From the human T2T-CHM13v2.0 reference genome, Homo sapiens, in assembly GCF_009914755.1 (NCBI RefSeq), contig NC_060927.1: a stretch of 64,000 nt of DNA. One strand, given 5' to 3'. The notes under the pieces are model-generated. The model saw only the letters and a list, made by a program, of their open reading frames with translations. It was not told the origin of the DNA and made no database searches. Each line of letters opens with the position of its first letter. Position 1 is the stretch's first letter. A program made the translations under genes and the position numbers. This document shows, in pieces, positions 12,278-31,885 of this stretch.

Positions 12278-14053
12278 ACAGCAGACAAGGGAGAATCCAG
12301 CCAAAGCCCATAGAGGGAGCGTTTACACTAGCTATCCATCCCAACAGTTAGAACCTGAGTTCGAGCCAGCTCCAGCACCAAAATATAAAGTGTTCTAGGG
12401 TTCTAAATAAATTTCAAAGGCAGTTTTTCAAGATATTTACATAATTTGTCTTCCAATGGCTGTAGAATACCCACTCTTCTCAGCACACGGGTCAATCGCA
12501 AGGACAGACCATATAGAGCCAAAAAACAAGTATTAAAACATTCAAAAAACTTGAAATCACATCAAGTATCTTCTCTGACCATAATGTAATAAAACTGAAA
12601 ATCAATAACAAGAGAAATTGAAAAGTAAAATTAGAAATACAACATACCAAAACCTATGAAATACAAAAGGAGTACTAAGAGAAAAGTTTTCAGGAAAAAG
12701 TGCCTACATCGCAAAAGTAGAAAAGCTTCAAATAAACAACCTAATGATACCTCTTAAAGAACTAGAAAAGCAAGAGCACATAAAATCCAAAATTAGTAGA
12801 AGAAAAGAAATAAGATCAGAAGAGAAACAAATACATTTGAAATGAAAACAATACAAAGAGCAACAAAATGAAAGTTGCTTTTAGAAAAGACAAAATAGAG
12901 AAAATCTTTAGAAAGAGTAGCTAAGAACAAGAGAACAACAAAATACGATAGAGATGAAAAAGAAGGTATTACAACTGATACTGCAGAAATTCAAAGGATT
13001 ATTACAGACTACTGTAAGTAAATATATGCCAGTAAATTAAAAAACCTAGAATAAATGAATAAATTCTTACACATGTACAACTAGCTAAGATTAAACTATG
13101 AAGAAATCCAAAATCTGAATAGACCAATAACAAGTAATGAGGTCAAAGCAATAGTACAAATTATCCTATTAGAGAAAAGCCTGGAATCTGTTGGTTTCAG
13201 TGCTGAATTTTACCAAATACCAATTCTACTCAAACTATTCTGAAAAAGAGGAGGAGGAAATATTTCCCGACTTGTTCTATGAGGCCAAAACCAGACAAAG
13301 ACACATCAAAAAAGAACACTATAGGCCAATATCTCTGATGAACACTGATGCAAAAATTTTCAACAAAATATTACCAAACCAAATTTAACAACACATTAAA
13401 CATATCATTTATCATGACCAAATGAGATTTATCTGAGGGATACAAAGTTGATTCAACATAAATCAATCAATGTGACACATCATCGCAACAGAATGAAGGA
13501 CAAAAACCATATGACATTTCAATTAATGCTGAAAAGGTATTTGACAAAATTTAATATTCCTTTATTATAAAAACCCTTTAAAATCTAGGTATAGAAAAAA
13601 CATACCTCAACACAAGAAAAGCCATATGTAAGAGACCTACATTTAATATTATACGGAATCAGGAAACTGAAAGCCTTTTCTCTAAGATCTGGAACAAGAC
13701 AAGGATGCCCACCTTCATCACTGATATTCAACATAGTACTGGAGGTCATAGCTAGTGCAAACAGACAAGATAAAGATATAAAGGCCATCCAAATTGGAAA
13801 GCAAGAAGTCAAATTATCCCTATTTGCAGATGATATGATCTAAATGTGGAAAACCTATATATTTCTCCAAAAAAACTGTTAGAACTAATAAATTTAGTAA
13901 AGTTGCCGGGTACAAAATCAACATAAAAAAATCAGTAGCCTTTTAATATGCCAACAGTGAACAACCTGAAAAAGAAATCAAGAATGCAACCCTATTTACA
14001 ATAACTACAAATAAAATTAAATAACTCGGAATAACCAAAGAAGCAAAAGACCT

Positions 14054-14427
14054 TGTATTAGTCCATTTTCACACTGCTGATAAAGACATACCCAAGCCTG
14101 GGCAATTCACAAAAGAAAGAGGTTTGTTGGACTTACAGGTCCACGTGGCTGGGGAGGCCTCACAATCATGCTGGAAGGTGAAAGTCACTTCTTACATGGT
14201 GGTGGCAAGAGAGAGAATGAGAACCAAGCAAAATGGGTGTCCCCTTATCAAACTATCTCATGGTAGTGAGACTTATACACTACTACGAGAACAGTGTGGA
14301 GGAAACTGTTCAATTATCTCCCCATGATTCAATTATCTCCCACCGGATCCCTCACGCAACAGATGGGAATTATGGGAGTACAATTCAAGATAAGATCTGA
14401 GTGGGGACACAGAGCCAAACCATATCA
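14054..14427 (-). mobile_element. THE1B-like solo LTR nested in L1MA ORF2
   Basis: tgtattagtccattttcacactgctgataaagac...ggggacacagagccaaaccatatca; degenerate TSD gacct/aatct; L1 ORF2 sequence resumes in register. Confidence 0.9.
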
Positions 14428-16289
14428 AATCTCTACAATGGAAACTGTATAACACTATTAAAGAAATCGAAAGAGACACTAAAAAATGGAAAAATATTCC
14501 ATGTTCAGGGGTTGAATCAATATTGTTAAAATGCTCATACTACCCAAAGGAATCTATAGATTTAATGCAATCCCTATCAAAATACGAATGACATTCTTCA
14601 AAGAGTAAATAGTCCTAAAATGTATATGGAAACACAAACAATCAGAATAAACAAAACCATCTGAGAAAAAAGAACAAAACTGGAGGAAGCACATTACCTA
14701 ATTTCAAATTATACTACAGAGCTACAGTAACCAAATCAACATGGTACTGACATAAACACAGAAACATAGACCAATGAAACAGAATAGAAAAACAAAAAAT
14801 TAATCCCTACATCGATAAACCATAAACTCATATTTGACAAAGGGCCAAGAACATAAATTGGAGAGAGGACATTCTCTTTAATAAATGGTGCTGGAAAAAA
14901 TTGACATCCATATGCGGAAGAATGAAACTAGACCCCTATCTCTTACCATATACAGAAATCAAAATGAATTAAAAACTTAAATCTGAGTCCTGAAGCAATG
15001 AATCTACTAAAAGAAAACTTTGAGGAAACTCTCCAGGACTTTGGCCTAGGCAAGCATTTCTTGAATGATAATCCAAAAGTACAGGAAAAGAAAGCAAACA
15101 TGGACAAATGGGTTCACATAAAGTTAAAAATTTCTGTACAGCAGACTAAACCATCAAAAAAGTGAAAAGACCACACACAGAATCCAAGGAAATACTTGCA
15201 AACTATGCCTCTGACAAGGGAATAATAACCATAATATATAAGGAGCTCAAACAACTCAATAGGAAAAAAAATAGTAATCTGATTAAAAATACACAAAAGA
15301 TTTGAGTAGACATTTCTCAGAAGAAAACATACAAATGGCAAACAAGCATATGAAAAGTGCTCAATATCATTGATCATCAGAGAAATGCAAATCAAAGCTA
15401 CAATGAGATTTCATCTCACCCCAGTTAAAATAGCTTTTATTCAAAAGATAGACAATAATGAATATTGGTGAGGATGTGGAGAAAAGGGAACTCTTGTACT
15501 CTGTTGGTGAGAATGTAAATTAGTATGGTCATTATGAAGAACAGTATAGAGGTTGCTCAGAAATCTAAAAATGGAACTACCATATGATACAGCAATCCCA
15601 CTGCTAGTTCTACACCAAAAAGAAAGGAAATTAGTATATTAAAGAAATATCTGCATTTCCTTGTGTATTGCAGCACTATTCATAATAGCCAAGATTTGAT
15701 AGGAATGTAAGTGTCCATTATCAGACAAATAGATACAGAAAATTAGAGTACTGTTCAGCCATAAAAATGTATTAGATTCTGCCGTTTGCAACAACATGGA
15801 TGGAACTGGAGGTCATTATGTTAAGTGAAATAAGCCAGGCACAGAAAGACAAATTTCACTTGTTCTTTATGTTTTATGGGAGGTAAAATTTAAAATAACT
15901 GGACTCATGGAGATAGAGAGTAGAAGGATGGTTATCAGAGACTGGGAAGTGTAGTGTGTATTGGGGAAGTGGGGATGGCTAATGGGTACAAAAATATAGG
16001 TTGATGGAATGAGTAAGATCTAGTATTTGAAAGCACAACAAGGTTACTACAGTCAACAGTAATTTATAGTACATTTCAACATAACTAAAATAGTATAACT
16101 GGAAGGTTTATAAAACAAAGAAATGATATACGTTTGAGGAGATGGATACTCCATTTTCCCCAATGTGATTATTATGCATTATATGCCTGTATCAAAATAA
16201 ATCATGTACCCCATAAATATACACACCTACTATGTACCCACAAAATTTAAAAATTTAATGAAAATAAAAATGTCAATATCATTGAAGTA

Positions 16290-16368
16290 ATATTATATAT
16301 GTGTGTGTATATATATATACATGCATACACATACCATATACACACACACATACACATATATATAGATA
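16290..16368. repeat. Compound (TA)n/(TG)n/(CA)n microsatellite
   Basis: Directly visible dinucleotide runs. Confidence 0.85.
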
Positions 16369-16435
16369 GTATTATTAGAAAAAGAATACTATAGCTTGAT
16401 CATCTCTTGACACGGATGCATATAAGTCTACCTAA

Positions 16436-17097
16436 TTCTTTTTAATGACTTCATAGTATTTCATTCCATACATCTACCATAACTCATATTCTAATAATTG
16501 ACTTTGAAAATGCTTAGTTTATATTCTATTAAATACCATAATAAAATATCCTGATGTATATATCTTTATTCTTTTGAGTGAATGTAAGTATATCATACAG
16601 GTTTGGCAATACAATTGCTATATCAAAGAGGTCATGTTTTTTCAATTCTGATGGCTATTGCAGAAATGTCTAAAAAATTTATGCAGTTGCCAAAAACATA
16701 TGAGAGTGTCTGTTTCTTAATATCTGAAAACTGGAAAATGATGAAAATGTTTTATATTCTTTTTAATGACTAATTAAAATCTTTTTAATGACCTCATAGT
16801 ATTTCATTTCATACATCTACCATAACTCATATTCTAATAATTGACTTTGAAAATGTTTAGTTTATACTCTATTAAATACCATAATAAAATATCCTGATGT
16901 ATATGTCTTTATTCTTTTGAGTGAATGTAACTATATCATACAGTTTTAGCAATACAATTGTTATATCAATGAGATCATGTTTTTTCAATTCTGATATTAT
17001 TGCAAAAATGTCTAAAATATTTCACACTTGCCAAAAACATATGAGAGTGTCTATTTCTCAGTATCTGAAAACTGAAAAATGATGAAAATTTTTTATA
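16436..17097. repeat. Direct tandem duplication of about 320 bp (16436-16756 and 16780-17097)
   Basis: Both copies run tctttttaatgac...catacatctaccataactcatattctaataattgactttgaaaatg...gccaaaaacatatgagagtgtc...gatgaaaat, with scattered substitutions. Confidence 0.93.
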
Positions 17098-17133
17098 GTT
17101 GTCAAATAGGTGGCAAATCATATCTCCTTCTGA

Positions 17134-17529
<396 letters not shown>

Positions 17530-17599
17530 TACATATACCAATATTTATATTGTTCAAGTTTTTAAGTTCTTGAATCAAATAGTCATTACAAATTTATTT

Positions 17600-20937
<3,338 letters not shown>

Positions 20938-20941
20938 GTTT

Positions 20942-21705
<764 letters not shown>

Positions 21706-21783
21706 GTTTCAAAATAATTTGTTAAAATGACACTATATATGAGATTCTATTTCTATCCTATAGATCTATATGTCTATCTTTTT

Positions 21784-22085
21784 TGTTTGTTTGTTTGTTT
21801 TTGAGATGGAGTCTGGCTCTGTCGCCCAGGCTGGAGTGCAGTGGCGCGATCTTGGCTCACTGCAAGCTCTGCCTCCCGGGTTCACGCCATTCTCCTGCCT
21901 GAGCCTCCGGAATAGCTGGGACTACAGGAGCCCATCACCATGCCTGGCTAATTTTTTTTGTATTTTTAGTAGAGACGGGGTCTCACCGTGTTAGCCAGGA
22001 TGGTCTCAATCTCCTGACCTCGTGATCCGCCCACCTCAGCCTCCCAAAGTGCTGGGATTACAGGCGTGAGCCACTGCGCCTGGCC
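21784..22085 (-). mobile_element. AluY
   Basis: Diagnostic gcaagctctgcctcccgggttcacgccattc; TSD tatatgtctatcttttt at 21767-21783 and 22087-22103. Confidence 0.93.
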
Positions 22086-22249
22086 GTATATGTCTATCTT
22101 TTTGCCATTTATGTACTGTCTTAATGAATGCAACTTTATGATAAGTCTTGAAATCAGGTACTATGAGTCCTCTAAGTATTTTTATAAAGGCTATTCATGG
22201 GCTTTGCACTTTTAATATAATTTTAGATAAATTTTATAATCAGAAATAG

Positions 22250-22940
22250 TATACACTAGAAGACAATATATTGATATTGTCTAAACAATGAAAGGAAGAG
22301 GAAGGAAAATGTTGACTCAGAATTCAGTATCTGGTGAAAATATCTTCAAAAACAATGGCGTAAAAATACGATTTCACATAATTGAAAGCTGAACTAATTT
22401 GTTAATAACACACCTAAATTACCAGCAAAGTGAAAGGGAATATGTGAGTGTGAACATAAATTATTCCAGAAGGAAACTTGGATCTATGGAAATAATAGAG
22501 AGCACCATTATTTCCCTGTATGTGTCATTTTTCTCTGACTGCTTTTATGACTTTTTTCATTGGCTTTAGTTTTTAACAGTTTGACCATAATGTGCTTACA
22601 ATGTGTGGTTTTATTTCCATTTTTTATCTACATGGTTTGTTTAGTATGATTCAGCAGGTCACATATTTTTCTTGATAAATTTTTCTCTCTAATGTTAAAT
22701 TGTATGGTTTCTATGACTTTATTTTAAATTCACAAATCCTTTCTTCTGCTGTCTCTACTCTGCGATTATGTCCTTTCAGGGAAGTTTTTATGTCAATTAT
22801 TGTTCTCTTCAATTCTAGAATTTTCATTTGGTTTTATAAGTTTTTATTTCTCTGATTCTTTATCTCATTAAGACTATACATTTCATTAAATATATTTATA
22901 ATAAGGGTTTTAAAGTTCCTTTTTGCTAGTTCTACATACA
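22250..22940. mobile_element. Old L1M ORF1-region fragments in opposite orientations (plus to about 22505, then minus)
   Basis: cagaattcagtatctggtgaaaatatcttcaaaaacaatgg (plus) followed by T-rich ctttcttctgctgtctc...ttctagaattttcatttgg (minus). Confidence 0.45.
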
Positions 22941-24900
22941 TATACTTCTTCAATTCATGCCTGAAATATATACAGGATGGAATTATATGGGTGGAACTTT
23001 TTGCTAGATGAATGTATTAAAATAGGCCTGAATTTAAGAACTACTTTTACTCTTCACCAGTATATGGTCTGAAACTCATGATTCCTGTGGAGAAGATATA
23101 GGTCACTTGGGAGCCAGTCTTGAGATATATTAAATCATGCCTAAGGAGGCCAGTAGGAGACGGAAGATAATTTCAGAAGTAAGGGGTTGGGAAAGTACTT
23201 TTTGAAGTTCAGCAGAGGAAAGAATTTTGAACGACTCTCCAGGGTGATAAATTTGTCCATGTCAAGAAAGCTGATGGTGAGGGATTCTAAAGTGAAAGGA
23301 TAATGTTTCAGCTATCTGAGAGTGTGCCCATAAGAAAAAAAAAAATTAACATTGCTGATTCCTAGAAGAAATCAATGCCAGATTAGTGAAAGTCAAGTAA
23401 AAGCTTTTCTGCATGCCTTCTTTTCTTTTCTTCCAATTTAACCCTGGAGGAGTTCAAAGTAATGTAATAATTGAGAAGCATAAAAATGTTAGACAATGAT
23501 GCAGAGAATACCTCAATCGAGGCCTACCTTTTTCACCAAATTCTCTTCATTTTAGGAGATTTGGGCTGGGCAAGGTGCAGTGGTAGAGATAGGGCAGTGA
23601 GAGAAAAAGACATGATTATTTCTTTGCAAATCTATACATTTGTAAAGAAATTAATAATTCATACGTTTCTTCACAGATCTCCAATTTCTAAGTTTTTGTA
23701 TTTTGTTTTGTTTTCTTTTGCTTTTTTAAAATCTTAAATGAGACAGTTATTTTCTTAGTTAAGACTGTTCTGTGTCTAAAATAATAGAATATTTTAAATT
23801 ATTACTTTCAAATAAAAACAATTTATGAGGTCTTGTAGAGATCAGTCAGGAGCAAGACAGGAACTAACCACATAAAGTGAGTATGAATAGGATGGGATTA
23901 TATGTGAATAAAGTTGTTTTCCAATTGTCCCTTACAAGTACATATTGTTGAACTTCATTGGTGTGTTTTGCTCAAAATAAAATTTGCTTTGCCAGGTAGT
24001 GATAACAGCCTAGGACTGTTTTAAATTAAACTGTTGGGCTTTATTGTTTCATTTACTTATAAGGATTGATATATATTTATGATTCCTGGGGAAAGTCTTT
24101 TTGTTTTCTCCTGCCTAGAGCCAAGATAGGAGTCTCTATGCTCCCCCCTTTTTAAAAAATGACATCTTTTAAAGTTTAGTAACAAGAAATTCTGGCCTTA
24201 TATGGGGCTTGAAAAACTGATTCCCCATCTTGCCTGGGCCCAAGACTTTGCCTCCTGTCCCTTTAAACAGAAGGGCTAATGTACTAGAGATAAGACGTTC
24301 CCTTCATTATAGCTGTCTACCTTGAAACTAGCTTGTCTTTGAATTCCTGCACATATTTTGATGTGGTCTCTTAGAATTGTTTTTAATTTTGTTGCAAACT
24401 GATTCATGGTTGGGAGGGAAGAAGAGAGGTTTTTTTAAAATGTTATTTAGCCTTTTGGTGTATTTTGTGGTTAAATTAATTTTCAGTATACCTTGTTGGT
24501 CATATTTCTGGTAATTGAAGCACTTTCATCTCTTTGAGGATAATTATCATATTTTTAAAATTCTTGATCAGTATCTTCTACTACAGTTTGTTTGGATTTT
24601 TCTCTCTCACTCTCTCTCTCTAAGTTCCTTAGATATCTGGTTGTTTGTGCCTCTCAGCTTACTTTCTTTTTGTCATTTTGTTTTATTATTATTATACTTT
24701 AAGTTCTAGTGTACATGTGCACAACATGCAGGTTTGTTACATACGTATACATGTGCTGTGTTGGTTTGCTGCACCCACTAACTTGTCATTTACATTAGGT
24801 ATTTCTCCTAATGCTATCCCTCTCCCATCCCCCCACCACATGACAAGCCCTGGTGTGTGATGTTCCTCGCCCTGGCCCTGTGTCCAAGTGTTCTCATTGT

Positions 24901-28751
<3,851 letters not shown>

Positions 28752-28814
28752 TATGATGTTAGCTGGTTATTTTGCCCGTTAGTTGATGTTGTTTCTTCCT
28801 AGCATCGATGGTCC

Positions 28815-29820
28815 TTACAATTTGGCAAGTTTTTGAAGTGGCTGGTACTATGTGTTCCTTTCCATGTTTAGTGTTTCCTTCAGGAGCTCTTGTAAGGCAG
28901 GCCTGATGGTGACAAAATCTCTCAGCATTTGCTTGTTTGTAAAGGATTTTATTTCTCCTTCACTCATGAAGCTTAGTTTGGCTGGATTTGAAATTCTGGG
29001 TTGAAAGTTCTTTTCTTTAAGAATGCTGAATATTGGCCCCCACTCTATTCTGGCTCGTAGGGTTTCTGCAGAGAGGTTTGCTGTTATTCTGATGGCCTTC
29101 CCTTTCTGGGTAACCTGACCTTTCTCTCTGGCTGCCCTTAGCATTTTTTCCTTCATTTCAACCTTGGTGAATCTGACAATTATGTGTCTTGGAGTTGCTC
29201 TTCTCAAGGAGTATCTTTGTGGTCTTCTCTGTATTTCCTGAATTTCAGTGTTGGCCTGCCTTGGGGAATTTCTCCTGCATAATATCCTAAAGAGTGTTCA
29301 CCAGCTTGGTTCCAGTCTCCCTGTCACTTTCAAGTACACCAATCAAATTTAGATTTGGTCTTTTCACATAGTTCCATATTTCTTGGAGGCTTTGTTTGTT
29401 TCTTTTTACTCTTTTTTCTCTAAACTTCTCTTCTCACTTCATTTCATTCATTTGATCTTCAATCGATACCCTTTCTTCCACTTGATCGAATAGGCTACTG
29501 AAGCTTGTGCATGCATCACGTAGTTCTCCTGCCATGGTTTTCAGCTCCATCAGGTCATTTAAGGTCTTCTCTACACTGTTTATTCTAGGTAGCCATTCAG
29601 CTAATCCTTTTTTAGCTTCCTTACAATGGGTTCGAATATCCTCCTTTAGCTCAGAGAAGTTTGTTATTACTGACTTTCTGAAGCCTACTTCTGTCAACTT
29701 GTCAAAGTCCTTCTCCATCCTGCTTTGTTTCATTGCTGGTGAGAAGCTGTGATGCTTTGGAGGAGAAAGAGCACTCTGCTTTTTAGAATGTTCAGCTTTT
29801 CTGCTCTGGTTTCTTCCCAT
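28815..29820 (-). pseudogene. ORF1: L1 ORF1 (RNA-binding protein), disrupted
   Basis: MGRNQSRKAE N-terminus and coiled coil (29434-29820); RRATPRHIIVRF...REKG...ELLKE C-terminal part (28848-29207); premature stops. Confidence 0.93.
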
Positions 29821-30850
29821 TTTTGTTTTGGTCTTCGGTGATGTTGACCTACAGATGGGGTTTTGGTGTGGATGTCCTTTTTGTTAATGTTGATACTATT
29901 CCTTTCTGTTTGTTAGTTTTCCTTGTGAGAGTCAGGTCCCTCAGCTGCGAGTCTGTTGGAGTTTTGCCGGAGGTCCACTCCAGCAAACGCTTTTTGCCTG
30001 AGTATCACAAGCAGAGGCTGCAGAACAGCAAATATTGCAGAACAGCAAATATTGCTGCCTGATCCTTCCTCTGGAACTTTGTCTCAGAGGGGCATCTGGC
30101 TGTATGAGGTGTCAGTCGGCTTCTACTAGGAGGTGTCTCCCAGTTAGGCTACACAGGGTTCAGGGACCCACTTGAGGAGGCAGTCTGTCCGTTCTCAGTG
30201 CTCAAACACCATGCTGGGAGAACCACTGCTCTCTTCAGTGCTGTTAGACAGGGAAGTTTAAGTCTGCAGAAGTTTCTGCTGCCTTTTGTTCAGCTGTGCC
30301 CTGCCCCTGGAGGTGGGGTCTAAAGAGGTGGGCAAGCCTTGTTGAGCTGTGGTGGGCTCCACCCAGTTCGGGTTTCCCAACCGCTTTGTTTACCTACTCA
30401 AGCCTCAACAATGGCGGATGCCCCTCCCCCAGCCAGGCTTGCCGCCTCGCAGTTTGATCTCGGGCTAGCAGTGAGCAAGTTTCCTTGGGCATGGGACCCA
30501 GTGAGCCAGGTGCGGGATATCATCTCCTGGTGTGTCGTTTGCTAAGACCATTGGAAAAGTGCAGTGTTTAGGTGGCAGTGTCCTGATTTTCCCAGTATAG
30601 TCTGTCACGACTTCCTTTGGCTAGGAAAGGAAATCCCTTGACCCCTGGCGCTTCCCAGGTGAGGCGATGCCCTGCCTTGCTTTGGCAAAGCATCCCCTTT
30701 CCATGGACTGCATCCACTTTCCAACCAGTCCTAATGAGATGAACCAGATACCTCAGTTGGAAATGCAGAAATCACCAGTCTTCTGCGTTAATCATGCTGG
30801 GAGTTGCAGACAAGAGCTGTTCCTATTAGGCCATCTTGGAATGGAACCTC
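29821..30850. promoter_or_regulatory. L1 5'UTR: internal sense promoter (minus) and antisense promoter region (plus)
   Basis: Locally GC/CpG-richer; YY1-type aagatggcc at the 5' end; plus-strand donors cag|gtgcgg (30510) and cag|gtgagg (30659) at the positions known for L1 antisense splice donors. Activity of this copy is unknown. Confidence 0.65.
30411..30545 (+). pseudogene. ORF0: L1 ORF0 remnant (44 codons, frameshifted after about 10 codons)
   Basis: acaATGG Kozak context; MADAPPPARL resembles the ORF0 N-terminus MAGAPPPASL. Confidence 0.65.
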
Positions 30851-31188
30851 TCTTTTTGTCTTATTTTTAAGAGGGGTGAGGTGCATGCCCCAAGGCAGAC
30901 AGCTCACATCTCCCTGAGACTGGCTTAATTCTTTCTCTTCCATTCACTTTCCCGTCACTGGGTAATCCTGTCATCCTGTGACTCTCTGTATGTCAGACCT
31001 AGACACTGCTCTAGTCAGAGCACTTAATGTTCTAAAGGTGTTAGTTAGGGAACTAAAATGCTTAAGGACAAGTGGGTCAACCTATCTTATTGTCATTTGC
31101 TTGTCAGTCCCTAACCAGCCCTTAGTAACATGTTCTCAGGCCAATCTCTGCAGTGGTGGAGAAGCAGGCAGTGACATTCCTAAGGAAA

Positions 31189-31326
31189 TGTGATACTCAG
31201 GCAAAAAGCGTTTGCTGGAGTGGACCTCCAGCAAAACTCCAACAGACTCGCAGCTGAGGGACCTGACTCTCACAAGGAAAACTAACAAACAGAAAGGAAT
31301 AGTATCAACATTAACAAAAAGGACAT
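31189..31326 (+). repeat. 138-bp inverted copy of L1 5'UTR segment 29872-30009
   Basis: Base-by-base reverse-complement comparison gives 137/138 identity; no poly(A) tail and no TSD. Confidence 0.95.
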
Positions 31327-31444
31327 ACTATTGTGGGACTGCAGGACCAGTCTTGGCTGTGTCTTGGGCTAATACTATTCTCACCAGCATTCAACTGCCC
31401 TGTCTCTCCCAAGGTTTAATTTAATTAATGCCCCAGGTAGGAAG

Positions 31445-31611
31445 AAGCAGGATAGTGTGAGATTTTATCATGTTACTTAGAACAGCACGCAATTTAAAAC
31501 TTAGGAATTGCTTATTTCTGGAATTTACCATTTAATATTTTTGAACCATGGTTGACCATGGGTAAATAAAACATTGGAAATTAAAACTGTGGATAAGGGG
31601 GAATTACTGTA
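31445..31611 (-). mobile_element. MER44 (Tigger) fragment
   Basis: gcaatttaaaacttaggaattgcttatttctggaattt...gtggataagggggaattactgta terminal sequence. Confidence 0.75.
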
Positions 31612-31639
31612 TTTTAATGGATTTAAGTGAAAAACTAAT

Positions 31640-31885
31640 AAACAGTTACTGAGCATTTAGCATGTTTTAGACAATAAACTCATTATTTTCTATACATGAT
31701 CTCAATTTATTTTGGCTAAAATCCTCCAAAACAAAAGTAATTATTTACTTTTTAAATGGAATGAGAGGAGAGAACAGAATCAAGGTAAGTAACTAGGAAA
31801 GGATCAAACTCACAGTTTGTGGTATAGCCAGAATACTAAATCCAGATCGCTTTGATTCCAAAATTGTTGCTCTCAACATATGCTA
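31640..31885 (-). mobile_element. MIR fragment
   Basis: ttactgagcattt...aaggtaagtaact...tttgattccaaa; very degenerate. Confidence 0.4.

Larger units (their letters stand above)
11458..16260 (+). mobile_element. L1MA (L1MA2/3-like) with 5'UTR start and 3' end but an internal deletion of ORF1; interrupted by LTR12 and THE1
   Basis: 5' end aagatggctg-type start, degenerate ORF2 ([22 protein letters not shown] 13191-13388), L1MA 3'UTR; perfect 15-bp TSD aaaataaaaatgtca at 11443-11457 and 16261-16275. Confidence 0.88.

Noticed and set aside
30019-30054. 17-bp direct repeat gcagaacagcaaatatt in the L1 5'UTR
   Set aside because: As I recall, this is a shared feature of L1PA7-age 5'UTRs rather than locus-specific.
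31189-31326. Independent L1 fragment insertion as the explanation for the inverted arm
   Set aside because: It is an internal 5'UTR piece with no 3' end, poly(A) or TSD, and it is 137/138 identical to the neighbouring L1.
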